A stretch of DNA of 64,000 nt from an uncultured Dehalococcoidia bacterium. GTDB lineage: Bacteria; Chloroflexota; Dehalococcoidia; Lucifugimonadales; GCA-2712585. Below the pieces are notes generated by a model, which was not told where the DNA came from, did not search any database, and saw only the letters and a program-made list of their open reading frames with translations. The DNA lies in assembly GCA_951812825.1 (NCBI GenBank), contig OX638324.1:2331141-2395140 (forward strand), in the 5' to 3' direction. Shown here piece after piece: positions 33,072-42,764 of this stretch. Made by a program: the position numbers and the translations under genes. Numbering within the stretch: the first letter of the stretch is position 1; each line of letters starts with the position of its first letter.

Positions 33072-34777
33072 TGATTCCTGTGAACCGCATATATTTCCCT
33101 ACTATGCTTGGGTTGGCCTTGGTGTTGGCGATTGTGGGCTGTCAAAGGCCGGATGATGAATCCGACGCCTCGACGCCTGAGTCCGGGGCTACATTCATTG
33201 TGACGGCAGTTCCGGCATCGACGACGGCGGCTGCTGAAGCGGCTCCAGCCTCTCCGACGGCGGGGCCTACGGCGACGCAGGCAACCACATTGCCGGCTCC
33301 GTCGACGCCAGCGCCCACTGCTGCGCCTGCCGCGCCCTTCCCTTCGCCTACGAGACGGCCCATACCACGGGAGACGCCCACGCCCACGCCGGACAGGACT
33401 CGTTCGCCCACGCCTACGCCTATTGCTGTTCCGGCAGTCTACGAGTCCAACAAGAATATGTTCCTGCTACTGTCGGAGTTCATTCATCCTGAAGAGTCAT
33501 CGTTGGCGGCGTTGGAGAGGGCCAGGGCTGAGAGGGATGTCTCCCAGGTGCATGTCATATTGGAGGCGCTGCCGTTCTTCACCCGCGACCTTGCGATGGC
33601 CGGCATAGAGGCGGTGGGCCACCTTACGGGGCAGGATTTCGGTTTCGACCTGAGGAGGTGGAGAGAGTGGCTTGGGCCCAGGCACGAGGAGTATGCGCCA
33701 CCTTCCGACTATGCCCGCTGGAAGGCCAATATGCTTTCTCTGATTGACCCGGAACTGGGCGATCTGATGAAGCAGGCAATAGATGGAGGATCGAGGGCTA
33801 ATCTTACCGAGATTGTATGGGGCGGGGTACGAACGGACGGCATTCCGCCGCTGGAGTTTCCGCCGCACGCGAGGCCGGAGGGAGCGCTATATCTGCTGCC
33901 TGACGACAGGGTGTTTGGTGTTTCCATCAACGGTGAGCACCGGGCGTACCCGCTGAGGGTGATGAATGCCCACGAACTGGCGAACGACGTGCTGGGCGGG
34001 GAGCCAATTTCGTTAGTGTATTGAACACTCTGCGGCACCGGAATCGTGTATTCCGGCTTCGTAAACGGAGAGGAGACAACCTTCGGGACTTCCGGGATGC
34101 TGTACCGGAGCAACAAGGTTATGTATGACCGGGCAACCCGCTCTTTGTGGCATCAGTTCACGGGGGAGCCGATTATCGGCCCCCTGGCCAACTCCGGCAT
34201 CAAGCAACCCTTTTTCCCGTCCGTAGTCACCACGTGGGAGGAGTGGCTGGCGGAGCATCCCGACACGACGGTGTTGACGAATGAAACTGGCTATTACAGG
34301 GCGGAGTTCTACGTTCCTGAAGACAATCCACGGGCCATCTACTACGAGTATTTTACTACGGATGAGGTTATGTTCCCGGTGTGGCTTCGGGACCCGAGCA
34401 TAGAGCCGAAGAGGGTGGTTGTGGGACTCTTGACGAGCGAGAGAAAGAAGGCGTACGTGGTCGATGACTTGCGGGCGGCGAGGGTGATTAACGACACGGT
34501 GGGGGACGTGGAGGTAGTGATTGCGGCGTCGGGCGAGTCGCGCTCGGCCCGCGCCTACGAAAGGCAGGGGGAGACGTTTACGGCGGCGGGCGGCGGGGAC
34601 GCGGAGGCGACGCCCCGGTTCCTGGTGGACTCCAACGGAGCAAGATGGGAGGTGACCGAGGAGGCGCTGGTCCTTGAGAGCGACCCCTCAAAGACGCTGC
34701 CGCGGCTTGCTACGCTGACCTCCTTCTGGTTTGGGTGGTACCAGTATCACCCGGACACGGAGATTTACCGGCCCTAG
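33071..34777 (+). CDS. DUF3179-family lipoprotein paralog read through an in-frame TGA (candidate selenocysteine at 34022-34024)
   Basis: It has a signal peptide with the lipobox ...AIVGC and a Pro/Thr/Ala linker. The track ORFs 33068-34024 and 34046-34777 share one frame. Read-through gives ...HRAYPLRVMNAHELANDVLGGEPISLVY-U-TLCGTGIVY...GTSGMLYRSNKVMYD. Confidence 0.65.
34038..34056 (+). promoter_or_regulatory. SECIS-like hairpin downstream of the second in-frame UGA
   Basis: CCGGAAT-CGTGT-ATTCCGG is a 7-bp stem with the same CGUGU loop. It starts 13 nt after the UGA. Confidence 0.5.
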
Positions 34778-34779
34778 AG

Positions 34780-37700
34780 TTAGCCTGAATCCTGCATGGC
34801 TTGCTCTTCAACAGGGAAGAGGACGACGCGGATGTAGCGGTCTGGGGTGAAGTAGCGCTGCGCCGCTTCGACGACTTGCTCCAGTGTCAAAGCGTCCAAC
34901 CGTTCATCGAAACCTGCGGGGTCTGTGAAAGGGCCACCGTTCTGCGCCGCGGTCTGGATCCGCCCGAGCCAGAATGTGTTTTCTCGAAGGTCTTCCTCCC
35001 GGTTGGAGCGCAGTTGTTCCTTGACGGTGTCTAAGTATTCCTGCTCACCGCCCTCCCGGAGCCAGTTAATCTCGTCTATGACCGCTCCAAAGAGCTCGTC
35101 GGTGCGGGAAGGGTCGCTGCCGAAAATGATTGAGGCCAGGTATTCTTGATCGGGAAGCCTGGAGGCGCTGGCGTTTACTCTTATGCCGTAGGTGCCGCCA
35201 AGCTGCTCGCGCACGCTCTCATGAAGCCGCAGGCCCAAAATCTCACCCGCAACGGTGAAGGCGAGAGCTTCATTCTGGCTCCATTGAGTGTCACCGGCGA
35301 AGACGACGACGGAGTTGCTTCTTGGTTCGGTCCCAGCGCGGACAACTTCGTCAATCAGTGTCATGGGCGGGTCTATTCCAACATCAATCCACTGCTCGGC
35401 GCGCCCGGAAGTGGGCAATGCGGCCAAGTAGGTTGTGGTCAGGGAACGCAGATTATCCCAATCGAAGGCGCCGACAAAAACGAAGGTGGCATCGCCAATA
35501 TCGGCGAAACGGTCAGCGTAGATGGCTTCCGCCCGCTCCATGTTCAGTTCTTCGACCAGCTCAACGGTAAGGGGCCTGTTGCGAAGGTGGTTCTGGCCAA
35601 GAATGGTGTTGACGGTGTCAGAGAGAATGGAGTCCGGCTCAGCGGCGTAGTACTCGGCAACGCTTATGAGTTGGGACATGTACCTGGAGAAGACGGCGTT
35701 ATCCAACCTGGGTTCGGTGGCGTACAGCCAGATCAGCTGGAAGAGGGTCTCCATATCTTCGGGAGAAGCGTTGCCCGTGAAGCCCTCAGAGAGTTCGCTG
35801 ATGTAGGGGGAAACGGAGACCAGTTTGCCGGCAAGGAGCTTCTCCAGGGTAACGTTGTCGTGGGGACCAACACCGCTGGCTGCGACCAGCTGGGCGGCGT
35901 ATTGGGCCGACACGAAATCTTCGTCGGAGACGAGGGAGTGGCCGCCGGGGCTGGAGGCGCTCAATACGACTTCGTCGTCCTTGAAGTCGGTCTGCTTGGC
36001 GATGACGGTTATGCCGTTGGAGAGGGTCCACATCCGGGCGTCTATAGACTCGATGTGCTCCTCCGAAGTGATTGATCCCGGTGTGGGGATAGTCGCAAGC
36101 AGAGGAACGTCGCCGACGCTGTCCTCGTAGGGCTCTACGGCGAGGGTATTTGCGGTTTCGAGTTGAAGTTGGACCGCCGCGGATAGATCCATGTCGGAAC
36201 TGGTCTCGGTCTCCTCGGGGCGCACGATCAGGAGACCTGTGTCTTCCGATGCAGACCAGATTTCTGCAACTTCAACGAATTCCGTCAGAGAGATCTGGGG
36301 CAAGATTTCCTGGTAAAGTTCCCACTCAGCTTCGATTCCGAGATACGGCTCTCCCCGGGTAAAGTGGGCCACGTAGGAGTTTGCCAGGGTGGATGAGGGG
36401 GTTTGGCCTCGTTCCTTGTAGGCGCTCTCGATGAGGCTCAGGAGGTTGACCTTCTCTCGTTCCAGTTCGCTTTCTGTGAAGCCGTGCCGGCTAGCGCGCT
36501 GGATTTCTTGCAGAATAGCCGCCAATCCCTTCTCGACGCCACCCTCTTCAACCCAGGCTCCGAACTCCAGGAGGTCCAGGGTTTCCACGAAGGGAGAACC
36601 CTGGACCCAGCCGTTCAGGTAGGGAGGGTCAACGGCCCGGGCGCGTTCGGAAAGGCGGGCGTTCAGCATCATTAAGGCCAGGGATTCCACCACGTGACGG
36701 CGGAATGCCGACAGGTGGTTTCCCGTATCAGGAGTCAACTTGCGAAGGAGGAGTAATTGAGTGGCCGGAGATTCGGGATCGGTGAAGACCAAGATGTTCG
36801 GTTCTTCATTGCCCGGGACTTCGAAGCTGGGCCTTTCGGTTGAGGTTGTTAGAGTGGCGCTGTGCTGATTGGCCTCTCCCTCGGGCGGCGGAGCAAAATA
36901 CTGCCTTATCTTGGCCTGTATCAACTCGGGGTCGAAGTCGCCTACGGCGATCAGGGCCATGAGATCAGGCCTGTACCAACGCTGGTAGAAGTCAATCAGG
37001 TCTTGGGCAGGGGCGTTTTCGACTACCTCCGGCAGGCCAATTGGGGATCTCTGGGAGTAGGGGGAGTCGCCAAAAAGGAGGTTAAGCAAGCTGCTGCGGA
37101 GACGGGAGTTGAATCCCTGGCCGAGGCGCCACTCTTCCAAGACGACACCGCGCTCCAGGTCCACCTCCTCGGGATCGAAGGCTATGGCGTAGGCCCAGTC
37201 GCTGAGGATCTGGAATGCCTTTTCGATGACCTCCGGATCGTCGGTTGGTATCTCAAGGAGGTAGACGGTGGCATCAAAGCTTGTATAGGCGTTAACGTCG
37301 GGGCCAAAGGTTCTGCCGATGGACTCCAGGTAGTCGACAATTTCCTGCTTGGCAAAGCGCTGGGTGCCGTTGAAGGCCATGTGCTCTACGAAGTGGGCGA
37401 GGCCGCGCTGGTCCTCCTCCTCGTGGACGGAGCCGGCCCTAACGACGAGGGTTAACTGGGCGAGGTCTCCAGGTTCCTCGTTACGTCTGATGTAGTAGCT
37501 GAGGCCGTTGGTGAGGGCGCCACGAGTGACTGAGGGATCTAAGGGAAGGGCGGCTTCGGGTTTCGGAGTGGGTTCAGGGGTAGGCTCCGGTGTTGGAATG
37601 GGGGTTGGAGATGGGGTTGGTACGGGAGTTGGTTCCGGCGTGGGGGCAGGTGTTGGTGGGGGTGCAGGGGTCGGAGTGGGTATGGGCCGGGGTACACGTG

Positions 37701-38001
37701 TGGGAGTTGGGAGAGGCGCTGGATCCGGTGCGGGTACAGCTGTAGACTCCGGGGTGGGAGCCGGTGTTGGCGCGGGGGTCGGAGTAGGAGCTGGGGCAGG
37801 AGTCGGGGCTTGGGTGGGAGTCGGAAGCGAGGCTGGCGCGGGAGTGGGGGGAGGCGCTGGCGCTGGGGTGGATGTGGGTTCCGTTGGTACGACGGTTGGT
37901 GTGGGAGTAGCCTCTCGGCTGCATGCAATCAGCGCCACTAACACCAGCGTTAGAGTGATGACGGCTAACGTCGGCGTAAGTCTTTTGGCCATTAATCTCA
38001 C
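34780..38001 (-). CDS. M16-family (pitrilysin/insulinase-like) zinc peptidase lipoprotein with two M16 units
   Basis: 1073 aa. It has the lipobox LIAC, a Pro/Thr/Ala linker of about 130 aa, the inverted zinc motif [11 protein letters not shown] and a second inactive-type M16 repeat. Confidence 0.85.
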   Translation of the reverse strand: MRLMAKRLTPTLAVITLTLVLVALIACSREATPTPTVVPTEPTSTPAPAPPPTPAPASLPTPTQAPTPAPAPTPTPAPTPAPTPESTAVPAPDPAPLPTPTRVPRPIPTPTPAPPPTPAPTPEPTPVPTPSPTPIPTPEPTPEPTPKPEAALPLDPSVTRGALTNGLSYYIRRNEEPGDLAQLTLVVRAGSVHEEEDQRGLAHFVEHMAFNGTQRFAKQEIVDYLESIGRTFGPDVNAYTSFDATVYLLEIPTDDPEVIEKAFQILSDWAYAIAFDPEEVDLERGVVLEEWRLGQGFNSRLRSSLLNLLFGDSPYSQRSPIGLPEVVENAPAQDLIDFYQRWYRPDLMALIAVGDFDPELIQAKIRQYFAPPPEGEANQHSATLTTSTERPSFEVPGNEEPNILVFTDPESPATQLLLLRKLTPDTGNHLSAFRRHVVESLALMMLNARLSERARAVDPPYLNGWVQGSPFVETLDLLEFGAWVEEGGVEKGLAAILQEIQRASRHGFTESELEREKVNLLSLIESAYKERGQTPSSTLANSYVAHFTRGEPYLGIEAEWELYQEILPQISLTEFVEVAEIWSASEDTGLLIVRPEETETSSDMDLSAAVQLQLETANTLAVEPYEDSVGDVPLLATIPTPGSITSEEHIESIDARMWTLSNGITVIAKQTDFKDDEVVLSASSPGGHSLVSDEDFVSAQYAAQLVAASGVGPHDNVTLEKLLAGKLVSVSPYISELSEGFTGNASPEDMETLFQLIWLYATEPRLDNAVFSRYMSQLISVAEYYAAEPDSILSDTVNTILGQNHLRNRPLTVELVEELNMERAEAIYADRFADIGDATFVFVGAFDWDNLRSLTTTYLAALPTSGRAEQWIDVGIDPPMTLIDEVVRAGTEPRSNSVVVFAGDTQWSQNEALAFTVAGEILGLRLHESVREQLGGTYGIRVNASASRLPDQEYLASIIFGSDPSRTDELFGAVIDEINWLREGGEQEYLDTVKEQLRSNREEDLRENTFWLGRIQTAAQNGGPFTDPAGFDERLDALTLEQVVEAAQRYFTPDRYIRVVLFPVEEQAMQDSG

Positions 38002-38204
38002 CTCTGTCTCATTTCCGGTTGATAATCCTAGTGTGCAGTGATGGGCGCGTCAACGGATTTCTACGCGACATAACGCATAGTTTTCGTGTGTCGCGGTGAC
38101 TGCCGGTAGAAATGGAGTTGACCGGTCCATCACCTGACTATTACGGATTTTAGTGAGAGTTGGTTTCATTATGTTAGGGCGGCTTGGGAGGATCAGGGTT
38201 TACT

Positions 38205-38260
38205 GAAAAGTTAGATTCTTCACTGCGCTTCGCTTCGTTCAGAATGACAGATTGGAAAGA
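38205..38260. repeat. Intergenic repeat of the GATTCTTC...CGCTTCG...CAGAATGA class
   Basis: GATTCTTCACTGCGCTTCGCTTCGTTCAGAATGACAG resembles 60171-60204 (GATTCTTCGACTTCGCTGCGCTCAGAATGAAATG) and 11621-11650. Confidence 0.4.
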
Positions 38261-38296
38261 GGGGGTGTGAGTCCCTGTCGACGATTTGGGGGGAAT

Positions 38297-38342
38297 GAAG
38301 AAGCTCGCCGGATGAGGAGGCTTGGTTCCGGCGAGCTTCTTC
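38297..38342 (-). terminator. Strong hairpin after the sigma/anti-sigma operon
   Basis: A perfect 16-bp inverted repeat pairs GAAGAAGCTCGCCGGA (38297-38312) with TCCGGCGAGCTTCTTC (38327-38342) around a 14-nt loop. It lies 22 nt downstream of the stop at 38364. No clear T-tract follows. Confidence 0.5.
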
Positions 38343-38363
38343 GTTGGTGGGATGTGGTGGGGT

Positions 38364-40520
38364 TTAGCGGGTGTAGCCCGAAGGTCGGGTTGCCTGTCGA
38401 GAGTTTCGGGTGATGTGGTTGAGGAGGAAGGCCATGTCGTGGTAGGAGCCGAGGTGGCCGAGGCTGGCCTCCAGGGAATGGAATTGGTCCAGGAGGGAGA
38501 GGAGGTCCTCGTGGACGGTGGGGCTGGAGGAGTCGGGGTAGGGGAGGCTGCTGTAGAGGTCGGAGGAGAGGGCAACGATGGCGCCTAGGCGGAGCAGGGG
38601 GTCGGCGAAGTTGAATTCGAAGTTGTGGCTGTTGATCTCGGCGTGCTGGCGGTTGGACTCCTGGGTTGAGGGAGTTACCCAGCGCAGTTCAACGTCGCCG
38701 AGGGTGAGGGGGCCGGTGAACCATTGGTCCTTCAGTTCGAGCTCGTAGAAGACGGTAGTTGCCGTGCCTGCGGGAATCTCGGCGAACTCCCTGCGTGCCT
38801 GGGTGAAGGACTCGTCGGAGGTGAGGCGGTTCTCGTAGCCTACGATGCGCCAGGAGTTGACGACGTTGGGGTCCCAGGTGACCTGGGCGCGAGTGGCGTC
38901 GGCGAAGGGGATGGAGAGGGCGAGCCAGTTTTCGCGGGTGAAGGTGGCGTGGGCCTGGTTGACGTCAGTGAGGTAGCGGTACCAGCCGTTGCCGTGCTGG
39001 GCGAGCTGTTCGAGGAGGAAGTCGTTGAAGTTCTCGATGCCGACGCCGATGGTGATGAGGCGGAGGGGGTTGGAGTTGTCGTAGTCGGCGGTGGTCTCGA
39101 GGATGGCGAAGGGGTCTGTGGCGTCGACGTTGGCGACGCCGTCAGACATGAGGATGATGTAGTTGTAGGAGTTGGGGTTCTGTCTGCGGGCCTGGTCTGC
39201 GAGCCAGACGCCTTCGTTGAGACCGGCCTGGACGTTGGTGGAGCCGCCGGGTCGGAGATTCTGGATGGAGTTGTAAACATTGGAGTCGCCGGGGTGTCTG
39301 TGCTCCACGGTGTATTGGGAGAGGACGTTCTCGCTGAAGTGGACGACGGCGATGCGGTCCTGGTCTCTGAGGCTGTCGAGGATGGACTCAGCGGCTTCTC
39401 TGGCGATGTCCACGCGGTTGCCGCCGGACATGGAGCCTGAGGCGTCGAGGACGAGGGTGACGTTGACTGGGGTGGAGTCGTAGTTGAGCTCGGGCGCCTG
39501 GAAGGCGATGCGTGCGAGGTGCAAGCGGCTGTCGACGGGGTGGGTGACGACATCTGTGGTGACGGCGAAGCTGTCGTCGCGTCGGGGCAGTTGGTAGCCG
39601 TAATTGAAGGCGTTGATCCACTCCTCGGCGCGGACGGAGTCTGGGTCGACCTCGAAGCCGTTTTGGGCCCAGTTGAGGGCGAGGAAGTAGGAGGTGCGGT
39701 CGGTGTCCAAGCTGAAGGTGGAGACGTTGTCGACGGCGGCGGAGACGAAGCGTTCCCTGGCGTAGTCGCGGAAGGTAGTGGCTGGGGCAGTGCCGCCGGG
39801 CTGTGTCTGTGGTGGTGTCGTTGGCCTTGGGGAGGCGGTTGGCCTTGGAGAGGCGGTTGGAGCGGGAGTGGATGTGGGTCTGGGAGGCGCTGCCGTTGGG
39901 GCTGTGATGGGTGCGGACGCGGCCATGGTGGGAGCCGGGGCGGCTGTTGCGGTGACCTCCGCAATAAACCGTTGCCGTGTGGGAGTTGGGGCGGCGGTTG
40001 GCCTTGGAGCCGCGGGGGCGGCGGTTGCCGCCGGAGCTGCGGTTGGAGCCATGGCGGGAGCTGGGGTGGGTCTACGCGTGGGCGCCGCGGTGGGGGCAGG
40101 CGTGGGAGCGGGCGCCATGGTGGGAGCGGAAGTGGCGGCGGGGCTTACAGTCCTGCCACCGCTCCCATCATCTTCCGGCCTTGCTTCCAAAGCAAACATG
40201 CTATCCAACTGATTCCCTGGGTCGTCGTCGAAGAGGACGTTCAATGTGACGAAGATTGCTACCAATACAACGGCTGCCGCGCCTACGGCGGAGAAGACGG
40301 GGCCGGGTCTCAATTGGAAAAAATTCCTGAAGCTGTTAGTAATTCGGGACAGGAGTGGTGGGGCGTCTGGTTCGTCCATTCTACTCTTGAGCCAGTCCCA
40401 GGGGTCCTTAGACATGCGGAGGTCGGAACTCTCGGTCTCGAAGTGGTCCCTCAGGACGCGGTCCGTATCCCGGTCCGATGCGCCGTTATTGCTTTTTCTT
40501 GGTGAACTTCCACTGCCCAT
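38364..40520 (-). CDS. Membrane-anchored von Willebrand factor A (VWA, YfbK-like) protein, probable anti-sigma partner
   Basis: 718 aa. It has a cytoplasmic N-terminus, one TM helix (VFSAVGAAAVVLVAIFVTLNVLF), a long Ala/Pro/Thr linker, the MIDAS motif VLDASGSMSG and a C-terminal DUF3520-like region. It starts 4 nt after the sigma gene. Confidence 0.75.
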   Translation of the reverse strand: MGSGSSPRKSNNGASDRDTDRVLRDHFETESSDLRMSKDPWDWLKSRMDEPDAPPLLSRITNSFRNFFQLRPGPVFSAVGAAAVVLVAIFVTLNVLFDDDPGNQLDSMFALEARPEDDGSGGRTVSPAATSAPTMAPAPTPAPTAAPTRRPTPAPAMAPTAAPAATAAPAAPRPTAAPTPTRQRFIAEVTATAAPAPTMAASAPITAPTAAPPRPTSTPAPTASPRPTASPRPTTPPQTQPGGTAPATTFRDYARERFVSAAVDNVSTFSLDTDRTSYFLALNWAQNGFEVDPDSVRAEEWINAFNYGYQLPRRDDSFAVTTDVVTHPVDSRLHLARIAFQAPELNYDSTPVNVTLVLDASGSMSGGNRVDIAREAAESILDSLRDQDRIAVVHFSENVLSQYTVEHRHPGDSNVYNSIQNLRPGGSTNVQAGLNEGVWLADQARRQNPNSYNYIILMSDGVANVDATDPFAILETTADYDNSNPLRLITIGVGIENFNDFLLEQLAQHGNGWYRYLTDVNQAHATFTRENWLALSIPFADATRAQVTWDPNVVNSWRIVGYENRLTSDESFTQARREFAEIPAGTATTVFYELELKDQWFTGPLTLGDVELRWVTPSTQESNRQHAEINSHNFEFNFADPLLRLGAIVALSSDLYSSLPYPDSSSPTVHEDLLSLLDQFHSLEASLGHLGSYHDMAFLLNHITRNSRQATRPSGYTR

Positions 40521-40524
40521 TGGG

Positions 40525-41100
40525 CTAACCTCCCTTTCCAGATGAGGCTTTGGAGGAATTGAAATCCTCCTCTTCCAGCTGTCGTCGCAGATTCTGCAGG
40601 GCCCGGTTAAGACGAGACTTCACCGTGCCCTGCTTGATATCCAAGGTTTGGGCCACTTCCGGCACTGTCAGGTGGGCGAAGTATCGCAACGCAACCACCT
40701 GGCGGTGCTCCAGACTGAGTTGGGCGATGGCCCTCCTTACGGACAGCCGTCTTTCCAGAGCGTCGAGGGTCTCTACGGGGTCGCCTTCCGTGGAATCGGG
40801 TTCTTGGGGTTCCTGGCCAGATAGATATACGGTTGGGACGGACTTCTTCCTTCGCCAGGACAGGACAGTGTTGATCAGAATTCGCAAAAACCAGGGTTTA
40901 ACCGGCTTGCCGCGATGGAAGCCACGGATACCCCGCCAGGCGGAGAGGAACGCTTCCTGCACCTGCTCCTCTGCCGTGTCGCGGTTGCCTGTCATAAGGA
41001 CGGCGGTGCCGAAGAGCAGATCCTTGTACTGCTCCACCAGGTGGCGGAAGGCGTCCCGGTCCCCGTTCTGGCAGCGTATTACGGCTTCAGAGTCGGTCAT
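40525..41100 (-). CDS. ECF-type sigma-70 family RNA polymerase sigma factor
   Basis: 191 aa. Region 2 is DAFRHLVEQYKDLLFGTAVLMTGNRDTAEEQVQEAFLSAWRGI. Region 4 is the HTH LTVPEVAQTLDIKQGTVKSRLNRAL. Confidence 0.85.
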   Translation of the reverse strand: MTDSEAVIRCQNGDRDAFRHLVEQYKDLLFGTAVLMTGNRDTAEEQVQEAFLSAWRGIRGFHRGKPVKPWFLRILINTVLSWRRKKSVPTVYLSGQEPQEPDSTEGDPVETLDALERRLSVRRAIAQLSLEHRQVVALRYFAHLTVPEVAQTLDIKQGTVKSRLNRALQNLRRQLEEEDFNSSKASSGKGG

Positions 41101-41440
41101 GTCTCCCCCTCACGTCTCGTTTTGCCCAGGGGCCTTTGGTAGATAATATGCATCCAGAGGGCAAATCGTTCCCTCCATGAGGGGCGAAGATTTGGAAATT
41201 CTCTGGGATTGCCCTTGCAAATAGGTCCAGCAAGCGGCTGTTCAGGGGAAATGCTAACCCAGCAGACATTTGCAGGGATAGGCAATTGAGAGGCCGAGAA
41301 ACGTAAGTTACGCTTGGTTGGCACGGGTGGGGAGTGAGCCAAAGGGTGTTCCAAGGATGGACAGCAGTGGTCTTGGGTTAGTGCAATGAAGGGTGGGCCC
41401 CAGCCTTGGCGGGGGAACGGGAGGCTATGGGTTTTCGGCC

Positions 41441-42601
41441 TTAGCCTGTTACCAGCATCTCATCGGTGCTGATCAGGGGGGAGAGAAGTTGGGGGGAGTC
41501 TTCGGTAATCAGCACCATGTCTTGAAGATGCCAGTAACCGACGTGTGGCTCAAGGGCGACTACCATTCCTTTTTCGAGGACGCGGTTGCTGGAGGGCACC
41601 ATGTACGGCTCCTGCTGGTGCCACCAGGCTCCAACGCCATGGCCGGCCAGGGAAACGTTTCCCTGGAAGCCGGCTCTGTGGAATCCGTCGTTGGCAAAGT
41701 GGTAGATGTCCCTTGTGGGAGTGCCGGGTAGACATCGCTCGATGGTGGCGCGGTAGATATCCCTGACGACCTGGTAAATCCGTTTCTGCTCGTAGGAAGG
41801 CGGGCCGACGCAGGCGCTCCGCGATTGGTGCCCGGGATATCCGTTGAGGTATGAAACGTAATCGTTGCGGATGATGTCGCCCGGTTGGAAGACGAAGTCG
41901 CCCTCGCCGCCATAGGCCACCGTGTTACGGCTGGAATTCAGGATGCCGTGGGCCCAGTTTGCACCCCTCCGCAGACAGCTTTCGATAATGCGGCTGTGCA
42001 CCAGCCGTTCGGTGTCTCCGGGCTGAACGGCGGGCAACACCTCCAGGTACGCCTCGTCCAGCAGTTTTGCTCCGGCCTGCAGGGCGGCTACCTCACCGGG
42101 AGTCTTGATCCAGCGCACGCGGTCCATCAGCTCAGTGCTGTCGACGATACGGGCTTTTGGCAGCAGACTTTCAATTTCCTCCCAACGGAGCGCGCTCACG
42201 TAGCTTTTTTCGAACCCGATGGTCTCCCCCGCCAGGCCGAGTTTTCGGAGTACGTCTACGGCCCTCTCGTAGGGCGACTCAGCGTAGTCGTCGACGACTT
42301 CGATGTTTTGCAGCCACGAATCTCGGCGGGCCAGGGGAGCGGCGTAGGAGTTCAGCACCATTACGGGGTCGCCGGTCCTCGGCCACACGAGCATCACTTC
42401 CCGGGGCGAATCGGGAAACTCCAAGTGTCGTGCCAGGGTGCCGGGGTAGGCAAAACCGGCCAGGTAGGTGAAGTTCTTGCCGGAGCGTGCGACTATGGCC
42501 GAGATGCCTTCTTCGTCCATGAGACGGTGCAGTCGCTCAACGTTTGCGAGCAGCCGGCGAGGGCGGGTATTGTTATGCTTAGCGTAGTTTGGGGTTGTCA
42601 T
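41441..42601 (-). CDS. M24-family metallopeptidase (Xaa-Pro peptidase/creatinase-like)
   Basis: The preferred start is ATG 42601 (MTTPNYAK...). It has a creatinase-like N-domain and a pita-bread C-domain with HGVG and E..E metal-ligand contexts. Confidence 0.8.
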   Translation of the reverse strand: MTTPNYAKHNNTRPRRLLANVERLHRLMDEEGISAIVARSGKNFTYLAGFAYPGTLARHLEFPDSPREVMLVWPRTGDPVMVLNSYAAPLARRDSWLQNIEVVDDYAESPYERAVDVLRKLGLAGETIGFEKSYVSALRWEEIESLLPKARIVDSTELMDRVRWIKTPGEVAALQAGAKLLDEAYLEVLPAVQPGDTERLVHSRIIESCLRRGANWAHGILNSSRNTVAYGGEGDFVFQPGDIIRNDYVSYLNGYPGHQSRSACVGPPSYEQKRIYQVVRDIYRATIERCLPGTPTRDIYHFANDGFHRAGFQGNVSLAGHGVGAWWHQQEPYMVPSSNRVLEKGMVVALEPHVGYWHLQDMVLITEDSPQLLSPLISTDEMLVTG

Positions 42602-42764
42602 AATTGCTTGAACCGATTGCGTAAGATTGGAAGGTCTGGGATTTGCGATCGCCAGCGCGATGGTATCACCGGCCCTGTGCCTGTGCAATTGCGACGGAGG
42701 AAATGAGCAGGGCTATTTGGCCGGGGCAGTACTGTGTTCGAGATGTCTAGAGGGAAATGGAGAA

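Noticed and set aside
28208-34777. Explaining the TGA-split DUF3179 genes by an alternative genetic code (UGA as Trp or Gly)
   Set aside because: TGA clearly terminates other well-defined genes in the window, including the tandem CoA-transferase at 3847-3849, the ABC exporter at 15359-15361 and vapB at 21972-21974. No other gene needs TGA read-through. Two independent pseudogenisations at the same codon were also considered and judged less likely than recoding, though this is not excluded.
37550-40200. Possible CRISPR or tandem-repeat arrays suggested by repetitive sequence
   Set aside because: The repetition is imperfect and in-frame. It encodes Pro/Thr/Ala linkers of the M16 peptidase and the VWA protein. 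No regular repeat-spacer periodicity is present.
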